NCBI GenBank assembly: GCA_951406725.2
Contig: OX597825.1
Coordinates: 59,582,001-59,646,000 of the forward strand
From: Octopus vulgaris
Lineage: Eukaryota
Length of the DNA stretch: 64,000 nucleotides
Direction of reading: 5' to 3'
Under the pieces are notes generated by a model. The model was given only the letters and a program-made list of their open reading frames with translations, was not told the origin of the DNA and ran no database searches. The position numbers were made by a program, and so were the translations under genes. Of the stretch, positions 54,720-64,000 are shown one piece after another; within the stretch, counting starts at the first letter, position 1; each line of letters starts with the position of its first letter.

Positions 54720-55989
54720 CGCCACCTCCATATTTCTACGTAATTCGAATATTTGTATATTTTATTGATGGAACGGAGGATTGTCAATATTAATCAATTT
54801 TAGTATTGATCTGCGGCTGTGAGAATAGTATTAAAAAAAAAACAAATAAATATATAAAAAAAATAAACACAATTTTATAAGTTAAAAGAGGTGGAGTTGG
54901 TTTTAAGAGATAGAGTGGTTTCACAGAAATAAATTTTAGGAATGAATTTAAATATTTACAAATGCCTTTAGGTAGTGTAAGCTTAGGTCCAGATGGAATT
55001 TTAATAAGTGATGATTAGGTTTTTCATTTTGATTAATTTTATGGAAATGATGTACAATTTAATGTATTACAGTAATAAAACAGGTAAAAACAAACAGATA
55101 AAAACAAAATAATAAATATATATGTTGTTTGAAATTAAGAGCTGCAAGTCTGTAAAGAGACAGATTTTCATGAATATTAAAGTATGAATTGGGTGTCGTT
55201 AGAGTTTTCACGAACGACATAGTAGGTATGTAAGTGAGGGAAAATATAATATTAGCTAAATAAATTCAAAACAAACGGGTGACTCCCGTTGACATGTTAT
55301 TCTTGTATAAATATGAAATTTGTATATTACAATAGCCGATATAAATGCTGGTTGGTTGACTCGTTGGTTGGCTGGTTGATTGATTGTTTATTCCAGTTAC
55401 GCTTTACATTATATAAAGATAATGATAGATAGATAGATAGATAGACAGATAGATAGAGAGAATAAAATAGAAATGCAGAGAGAAAGAGAGAGATAGAGTT
55501 GACACAAGTGGTGTAGGGTGAATGCACATATGAGGCATAGTGGCAGTCAAAGAGTTAAAGAACACTACACACGCACACGCACTGAGAAGGAAAAAATCAG
55601 ACACATTAGAGGAGGAAGGGGAGGGGTAAGTGATGGAGCATATGATAGAATAGCGATGAAAGGCTTTCAATTTTTACAGAGTAAGTTTTTCGTTGGTGGA
55701 TTTTGTGATATTGTTGACAATATTTAGAAAAAAAGAATATTGCAAATATACATATGAGAAATTTGCTTCATTTAATTTTATTTTAAAGTAATTTGAATTT
55801 ATATTAATTTCCTTATTTTGTATAGGCATTACCTACAGTGGCAAAAGCATACTTTCAAAGTTACCTATTATTTGACAAATAAGACTTTAGTTTTAACCAT
55901 GAATTCTTCAACTTTTCTGTCTATGAATAAAATATTCTGTATTACCAGGAAGCGACAAGCTCTAATACAATTACAACGTGTCAAGTTTA

Positions 55990-56470
55990 GGCGGCGAGCT
56001 GGCAGAAACGTTAGCACGCCGGGCGAAATGCTTTGCGATATTTCGTCTGCCGCTACGTTCTGAGTTCAAATTCCGTCGAGGTCGACTTTGCCTTTCATCC
56101 TTTCGGGGTCGATAAATTAAGTACCAGTTACGCACTGGCGTCGATATAATCGACTTTGCCTTTCATCCTTTCGGAGTCGATTAAATAAGTACCAGTTACG
56201 CACTGGCGTCGATATAATCGACTTAATCCGTTTGTCTGTCCTTGTTTGTCCCCTCTGTGCTTAGCCTCTTGTGCGTAGTAAAGAAATAGGTATTTCGTCT
56301 GCCGTTACGTTCTAGGTTCAAATGCCGCTGAGGTCGACTTTGCCTTTCATACTTTCGGGGTCGATAAATTAAGTAATAGTTACGCACTGGGTTCGATGTA
56401 ATCGATTTAATCCGTTTGTCTGTCTTTGTTTGTCCCCTCTATGTTTAGCCCCTTGTGGGCAACAAAGAAG
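55990..56470 (+). mobile_element. SINE family A with triplicated central domain and 18-bp TSD
   Basis: GGCGGCGAGCTGGCAGAAACGTTAGC head; three CGACTTTGCCTTTCAT..TTTCGG.GTCGAT modules; ACAATTACAACGT(G/C)TCAA at 55967 and 56473. Confidence 0.93.
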
Positions 56471-57162
56471 TAACAATTACAACGTCTCAATTCCCTGTCA
56501 ATAAGATTAGACTCATTGTCCGAGGTTGAATATCTACCAGATACATTTTCTCGGAAACAAATTCTTGCTACAATTATAAAATCATTGCATTTATAATCTT
56601 CCTTTACATTGTAGCTATGTGAAATAGTTCAGTTATTCAACTATTCAGTTATCAGTCAAACTCAGTCTTTTCTTATCGATCCATATTGCAAAAGAAATGA
56701 GATAGATATGTCTTCTGCTATTATTGATAATCAAGCATTTCTATTCATCACGAGAAATGTTATATGTAAAATATTGTGTGTAATTGAGAAAACCACATTA
56801 TATTTACAGATAAAACGTTAAAGCATTCAATTGACCACATCTTGCTCTGCAAGTTCCGATTGTAGATTTTAATAATACGTTATTCTTTTGTATTATCTAA
56901 AACGGCAGAAATAAGAATTAGTCAAAATATCTGACAAACAGTTTTGTATTACGGCCTACGCCTCCACCTTCAGTATTCTGGATCCTTTTGGTTAGTTTAC
57001 TTGGGTTACTTTAAAGGTTTTTCAATTCACAATAATGGAAGTTACACACACACACACACAGAGTTATATACATGCCTAACCGTAATACATACATTAATAT
57101 ATACTTACGCACCCCACATATATACTTACATATATATGAACATGCATATATATAGCCATTTC

Positions 57163-57310
57163 TGCAATAAGCACAATGACTGAAATTTCGAGGGAGTAGG
57201 TAAGACTATTACATCGACCACAGTGCTCAAATGGTACTTAATTCGTCAACTTCACTTGAACTCAGAACGTAAAGTCACAAGAAATCACTAAGTATTGTGG
57301 CTGGTACGGC
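57163..57310 (-). mobile_element. SINE family A, degenerate
   Basis: ATTACATCGACC.CAGTGCTC...TGGTACTTA...TTGAACTCAGAACGTAAAG. Confidence 0.7.
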
Positions 57311-57392
57311 TTAGATACCCGAGTGTAAGTTACTGGACTCCGGTAATTATTGATGCTTTGTAAATCCACGCTTGATATATATATATATATAT

Positions 57393-57718
57393 ACGGTAAC
57401 ATTTTTTGCCACTATAACATTGCCATTCTAAAAAGAACTATGCTACCATACTTAACTCCAGGTAAACGTTACCTGCCTACTAGGGATGGTAGTCAATTGT
57501 AGGCAGGTGTCCAGTACCGATGAAGGGTAAAGACCCAGAAACCATGGTCTACTGGTCTTGCCAAGCTGAGTGGGGTGATTCGTTCCCTTACTCACAATAT
57601 AGCAGACACAGGTTGCGTGTCGCTAACCAGCTGGGAAAGACGTTTTCCTCAGGTAAAAATGTAATAACATAGTGCTTTATAGGACAGCGATGTTATAGGG
57701 CCAAACAAACGTTATCGT
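57393..57718 (+). mobile_element. Inverted-repeat-flanked mini element carrying a hairpin and a hammerhead motif
   Basis: About 78-bp diverged inverted arms 57393-57470 / 57640-57718; (TA)n nearby on both sides. Confidence 0.7.
57511..57555 (+). ncRNA. Minimal type I hammerhead ribozyme motif (U4C core variant)
   Basis: CCAGTA-CCGATGA-A-GGGT-aaag-ACCC-A-GAAAC-CATG-GTC-TACTGG: perfect 6-bp stem I, palindromic loop III, GUC triplet. Confidence 0.7.
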
Positions 57719-57777
57719 CTAGTATTGTTACTACTTATATCTAGTTTAAAGATTTTAGAACGAGCTACTTTGCTCGT

Positions 57778-57816
<39 letters not shown>

Positions 57817-58644
57817 GAATGTGTGTGTGTGAGTGTACATAATTATGTAATTAACATTTGTAATAGATATTTTTATAATTCCAAGATAATATATTCATAC
57901 ATATCGCTATATACGGGATATATTTTGCAAAATTAACATAAGAAACACTAAATATTAATGTCAAATCACAAAGAACAGAATATTTCACGAGCGTACGAGT
58001 GTGACTTCTATCCTTATCATAATCTACCATTGAACTAAACAGTCTCCTGTTACTAATTTTTACAGATTTTCTTTTTGTTTCTTGTTGACATCAGTCTTGT
58101 GAGTAGCAAGATACTTTACAAGACGGTGATACGATGAAACAGTCGTACTTTCATACAGAAGAACCTGTTCCATTTCGCAATATATCAGAAAGAACATAAT
58201 GACATATAATGTCCATATTTTATGACTAAGTAACTGCTGCGTTTCACATAAAAAATGGGGAAAAGAAAAACCTAGAATTTCTTCGCTTTTATTATAAATA
58301 TTGGTACTTCTGTATATCTTTCTTATTCTTAGTGCTGTACATGCATCAAGACTGCACTTACCACGTTCTGGTCTTGATATATTCACTAGAAACCTATCTA
58401 TTTTAGCTGTTTCTTTTCCCAAATAGCTACGCTTTATATCAATTTGGGAAAACCTACCGTAAGTTTTAATACTACATATATGTACTTCTTCAATACTGGT
58501 TCATAAGTAGACGCCATTAAATAACTTCTACATAAGCCATTACTAATAACATTGGTCTGAAATTTGCTGCATTGAAATACGACTATTATGTATTGTTACT
58601 TAGAGTCTATGTATTACCGTACATGTTACAAATAGTAGTTTAAT

Positions 58645-58703
<59 letters not shown>

Positions 58704-60699
58704 GTATATATGCATATTTAAAAGTAAATTTATGTAAATTGTGGTAATTAACATGGAATTATTAAGATTTTGATAATTTCAAGAGAATACACATTTTTCA
58801 AGTACGGTGCATAACTCTGATACCTATAAACTATGTCTTCTCACCATAACTTAGTCTTTAGAGAAAGGAAAGCAATTTTGCAATTATAAAAATCCTGCCG
58901 CTTCAATCAAAATAGTTTCTCCTTATGTTAGTCTAGAGAAATGTTGCGAAAGTGAGTGGCATTATCCAAAGAGAAAAATCTGAAAATAGAAATATCCTTA
59001 ATGTACGAACCGAAAACAGAAAAATCCCGGTTAACAATAATAATTTCACTAGCAATGATGAAAGTAGACATACATTATATAACCCAACAAATTATAGAGT
59101 AACATTCAAAGCAAGCAGGGTTATATTGCCCAAAGAAATAACATGATGACGAAAACAGTTAAATCTCATGAGCTTCTGGCTAGTAATGAAAGAACTTAAC
59201 CACACAGTCTGTAGGTGTTTAATACCATAAATACTCATACATTTATAACACATTTAAATCACATAAAAACATAAATATGGACGTATATGTGCAACATACA
59301 CAAACATAGAATACACCCATATAAACATGTATATATATAATTAATATAAAACACAGAAAGGTAAACCAAGATATACATGTATAATATACACATTAAACGA
59401 GAAATATAAAGGTACGCAAATTACATGCGAAACATAGATGTGTGTCGTATCAAAAAAAAATATACAGAAAGCAGAGGAGAGAAGTATAACCATCAGTCTT
59501 GAGCATAAATCTATACAAAGTAAACACAAGCACAATACGCAAACACAACCACACTTACACACACACACACACCACATACGCACGCAACACACATATATAT
59601 TGAAGCATATCTAAATCACATAAACCAATGAAGGAGGTATACTACATATTATACATAAAGTCATAAACCTGAAGATACACAACGTATAAAGCGCTGAGAG
59701 CTATACTAAAATAAAGAGATATTCATAATACATACGGAAATGCACACACGTATTAGCATATACAAATCCAGACATGTGTAATATTCATGTGTGAACATCA
59801 ATACAAGTGGTTAGCAATAGTGTTCAAAATAAACTCATATATTTCTTTTTGGGATTTGGTTTGCAAGATTCTTTATATGAGTTTGTGTGTTGAACCATAT
59901 TCTGTTGTGTCTGGGGAGAGTCATTTTCTTTTTGTGCCTTATAATGTAAAACACTCACCGGTAAAATTTCCACTTATTTTTTATTTTTATTTTCCTAAAA
60001 TATTTCTAATAATTCGTATAACTACTGTTAAATTCTTTCACAAATAGTATGAAGAGGCATCACACACACACACACACACACGCACACACGCACACACATA
60101 TACACACACACACACGTACACACACACTCGCACGCACACGTACATATGCACCCACTTGGATTTGAGGATTTGTGATTCTGTAAGAGTGGAATGTGTATAA
60201 GTATTTATGTTGGGCGAAAGAAATGAAACCGAGTTCATAGAATATAATGGTGAACTGTACTGTCACAACATATTTAATAGCACTTTGTACGTAAAAAAAA
60301 AGAATGTTTGCCATGAGTAAAGATTTAACTTAAAGTTTCTAGTAGGATATGTGTTTACATTAATCTGCTTGTTTATATTAATCTGTTTGGAGTAACCGGC
60401 AGTTTTAGAATTGAGAAGATATGAAAGTAAATTTCCGAGAGATGCAGTTCTAGAAAAGATAGATATTTAGTTTACAGCTTGTATTGTAAGGAAGAATGTG
60501 AAGGCTCAATGGTTAGAGCGTTGGGCTCACAATCACGAGTTAGTGAGTTCAATTCCCGGACCGGGCTGTGTGCTGTGTTCTCGAGCAAGACACTTTATTT
60601 CACAGTTCTATATTTAAGAGATGAGGAATTATATGCATTATTTACATTGTTTACATTATTTACATTTGACGGATATTTGTCCTCATCTTGTTTGTTGTT

Positions 60700-60745
60700 A
60701 ACACAACATTTCGGCTGATATATCGTTCAGCCTTCATCAGGTGTC
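60700..60745 (-). ncRNA. Minimal hammerhead motif (left arm)
   Basis: Reverse complement GACAC-CTGATGA-A-GGCTGA-acgatata-TCAGCC-GAAAT-GTT-GTGTT. Confidence 0.65.
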
Positions 60746-61054
60746 TTGGGGAAATTTCAAACCTGGGTTTTCATTCCCAAGGTATTTTTCGATCAGGTGG
60801 TTGTTGTTGTTGTTGTTGTTGTTGTTGTTCTTCTTCTTCTTCTTCTTCTTCTTCTTCTTCTTCTTCTTCTTCTTCTTCTTCTTCTTCTTCTTCTTCTTCT
60901 TCTTCTTCTTCTTCTTGTTCTTGTTCTTGTTCTTCTTCTTCTTCTTCTTATTATTATTATTAGTAGTAGTAGTAGTATCCAGGTCAGTGCCATTACACCA
61001 CATGTCCGTGGGCATATGGTGTAGTGGTTAAGAGCACGAGGCTATTAACTCCAA

Positions 61055-61100
61055 GACACCTGATGAAGGTTGGAGGGTATATCAGCCGAAACGTTGTGTT
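61055..61100 (+). ncRNA. Minimal hammerhead motif (right arm)
   Basis: GACAC-CTGATGA-A-GGTTGG-agggtata-TCAGCC-GAAAC-GTT-GTGTT; canonical core. Confidence 0.7.
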
Positions 61101-62019
61101 AACAACAAACAAGATGAGGACAAATATTCTTCAAATGTAAATGATGTAAATAATGTAGATACTGTACTTTATTTCACGCTGTTCCTTTTCACGCTGGTGT
61201 AGAAATGAGTTGCGATGTCACTGGTAACAAGCTGTATCAGCCCTTGCCTTTCACTTGGATAACATCAGTGGCATAAAGAAGGGAGGCTGGTATGCATGAG
61301 TGACTATTGGTTTTCCATAAACAACCTTGCCCGGACTTGTGCCTTGTAGGGAACTTTCTAGGTGCAATCCCATGGTCATTCATGACCGAATGGATCCTTT
61401 TGTAAGGAAAATAGGATAAGTTGAGCGAAAATAGAGGAACCGAATGTGTGGTGGCCTTATGGAATTAAGAATCTACTGCTTTGTACTAAGACACAAGCTC
61501 TTTGCTTCAGTAACATCATGGAATAAGCACAACTAGTAGAACTAAATGGCTATAAATATAGTTTTGTGATAATTGGTTGGTTGATAGTTGCTGAATAAGT
61601 GACTACTTAACTAGTGCTGAATGGATCAGTAGCTTTACATTGGAAAGTAAAATAGAAACCGTAAAACATCTGTTGAAAAATTGAAACATTTGATGTTAAG
61701 TTTAAATCTCTGTCGATTGACATATGAACAAAGAGGAATTCAAAGTGTTTAAGCAGCTCTTTGAAAGAATAATTAAGTAAGTTGCTATGTGCGAAATTTG
61801 AAGAGATCAAACACAATGAGTATGTTGAGAGAAAAGGAGAAAATTGTCCTGAACGTGTTAGTGAAGAGACATCATGGAGTTATCTCGTTCAAAGAACATT
61901 GATCATCGCGGTGGAGTTAAAAGGAGATGTGGGAATGATTCAACAGGACTTTATTTGCTAAAGTATCATTATCGACGGGTCCTTAACGAAAACTATAGAG
62001 ATAACTAGAAAACAATAAC

Positions 62020-62322
62020 TGGCTCTCCGTCGGTTATGACGACTAATATTCCAATTGATCTGATCAACGAAACAACTTGCTCGTAGATTTCAGTGGCTGA
62101 GCACTGCACAAGCATAGGTGCTCTTAGCGTAGTTCTCAGAAAGATACAGCGTGGCACAGAATTAGAAAGGTCTTGCCCTTTGAATTACGGGTAAAACTCA
62201 AAATTTGTCTGCCGAAAAGACACGAGCAACCCGAAATAAAGGGTCTTGCTGAAGAATACAACGCACCACCAGAAATCGAACTCACAATCGTAAGATCACG
62301 AATCGACTACCCTAACCACTAG
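62020..62322 (-). mobile_element. SINE family C
   Basis: CTCCGTCGGTTATGACGAC...CCCTTTGAA...AATCGAACTC...CCCTAACCACT. Confidence 0.82.
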
Positions 62323-62334
62323 CAATAACAACGG

Positions 62335-62830
62335 GGGGGTAAAAGGAGGAAGAAAGTTTAGAAGTATGAATGAGGTGATAGATCCAGAGCGGACAAGTTT
62401 AACTTCCTATCGAAGAGGAAAATACGAAACACTCTTAAGGTAGCTAATAAGAAGTGAAGGACTACTTAGAGAATATGGTGAATCCGAGCCCCTCAAAATA
62501 AAGAAGAGAACGTAAGAACGATGAAATCAAATTTTGAAGGAAAGATAATTTATTTAACTTAAAAAAAAAACGGAATGAGGAGGACAACAGGATATTGCTA
62601 AAGAATGGGATACGGAAGAGACCGCTGGAACAAGCCCTAAGGATTACGTGGATCAGGAAGATGATAGACCAGTGCAACTACTCAGCTAAGTTCAGAAAGT
62701 GCAATGATTTAGATGGAAATATAGCTCGCTGTGTAAGCTGTCTAATGGAAAGGTTGCTTAGAATAAATACAAAATCTGCAGACATGATAAGGTTTCTGCG
62801 AAGCACAGAAAAGCGTTATCAAATTGTGAG
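62335..62830 (+). mobile_element. Decayed R4/Dong-like (RLE) non-LTR retrotransposon fragment; may extend upstream of the SINE to about 61820
   Basis: ERTSLTSY...LLR...EGLL; EQALRITWIRKMID...AKFRKCN...; after frameshift NKYKICRHDKV (CCHC knuckle plus RHD motif). Confidence 0.65.
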
Positions 62831-63844
62831 AAAAAGTATGAAAGCTCTATAAAACGATGAAGCGAGGTTGTTGTACGCTTTAAACTCAGAACCCACAAAA
62901 AAAAACAAAATAAAATAAATAGACAGAACAAACAGAGGGAGGCACTTTTTCAATAACTTTTACTTTGGTAGAAAGATACAAATTTGTGAAGGAGCTATTA
63001 TTATGTTCAGTTGACCCCAATTACTAGTACTAATAGTTCAATCCTAGGGAGCAGGTCAAATATGATCAAAATATTCCTGTTGGTTTGGCTTTAAAGTTCA
63101 AATCCACTTTGATTTACATTGTCTTTATGCACGTACCAAAACTTTGATTAACTGATCTTGCAAGGGTTACTAGCCTTGTCTGTTGTTTTTAGGTGTCATA
63201 CACACCTGAAAATACTTTTTTTAAATCAGTTGCTTACATGTCTCAATGAATCGAAATTTTACAGCGCATTGTATTATATAGATGAGATCCTACCGTACTT
63301 GTATTTTGCAGATAGACCTCTTCGTCAGAGAGGTCTATCAGCCATCTTCTTGATAATATCTAGGGTGCGAGTTATTGCTACTTACAGGATAACGTAACCG
63401 TCGGAGTGTACTAATTTACTCGTCCTTAAAGTTCAAGAAGCAGTACGAAAATTTCCAGTCATATTCACTTCTTTGAGGAAGCCTGGAATACAATTGTTTC
63501 CAGTATATATATGGTATTTTACATTATTGAGCTCTGAAGAATGAAAGGCAAAGTTGATATCAGCAGGTTTTGAATTCATATCGCAAGGAATTCCATTTTT
63601 ACCACTTATTCAAACAAGGAAGCCCAAGCCCAGGGTCCCCCGGATAGAGTGGAAAAGAGAGGAAGCTATCCTCAAACCAAGGATCTGATCCGAGAGCTTG
63701 CAACAGAGTGAAACCGCTAATAACATCTAAGTACCAGGAAGTGTTAAACTGAGTGATAGATGAATCTAAGAACTCTGAGTGTCAAAAACTGGTACAAATA
63801 TGGGAAAATGTCTCCCCAGGCATTATAACAATCCTGCCTGTCCA

Positions 63845-63985
63845 CCACCTTAAAAATGCAGCTTATCATATTGACCCAAAAAGAATGAAGAACAACGTTG
63901 ATTTGAGAGAATTTGAACTCAAAGTGCAGAGAGCTGAAACATATTACTGATTCTGAAAATCCTTAGCGCAAGTATTCACAAGGAA
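63845..63985 (-). mobile_element. SINE family A, degenerate
   Basis: TTGACCC..AAAGAATGAA...GAATTTGAACTCA. Confidence 0.6.
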
Positions 63986-64000
63986 CCATCATCTCATTGG

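Larger units (their letters stand above)
60604..61165. mobile_element. Head-to-head foldback insertion: tRNA-like head, microsatellite and hammerhead-bearing tail
   Basis: Inverted arms about 60640-60750 / 61051-61157, each with a hammerhead; centre CCATTACACCACATGTCC-gt-GGGCATATGGTGTAGTGG. Confidence 0.8.
60497..61400 (+). mobile_element. SINE family D split by a 562-bp insertion (SINE parts 60497-60603 and 61166-61400)
   Basis: Head TGGTTAGAGCGTTGGGCTCAC...GAGTTCAATTCC; ACTTTATTTCAC duplicated at 60592-60603 and 61166-61177; body resumes colinearly. Confidence 0.88.

Noticed and set aside
58060-58422. 120-aa minus-strand ORF with an internal GTAAGT donor (possible 45-nt exon 58362-58406)
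   Set aside because: Acceptor lacks a polypyrimidine tract, no recognisable domain, and phases are incompatible with the next candidate segment.

Overview
AT-rich, microsatellite-saturated eukaryotic non-coding DNA, probably intronic or intergenic and most likely from an octopus or other coleoid cephalopod. That assignment is inferred from the tRNA-derived SINE families and repeat density; no database was searched. No intact host protein-coding gene is evident, and nearly all ORFs in the track are microsatellite artefacts. The window holds about 30 copies or fragments of four tRNA-SINE families, decayed Tc1/mariner/maT transposons, CR1-, R4- and HERO-like LINE fragments, and Penelope-like (PLE) RT and GIY-YIG fragments. 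The most notable signal is about 11 minimal type I hammerhead-ribozyme-like motifs. They lie in short non-autonomous elements that are often inverted-repeat or (TA)n flanked. Several have non-canonical catalytic cores (U4C in two elements, A6U in three copies of one family, one G3/C8 swap). One hammerhead pair belongs to a head-to-head foldback of a tRNA-headed unit inserted in a SINE. A few low-confidence splice and promoter candidates are also listed.
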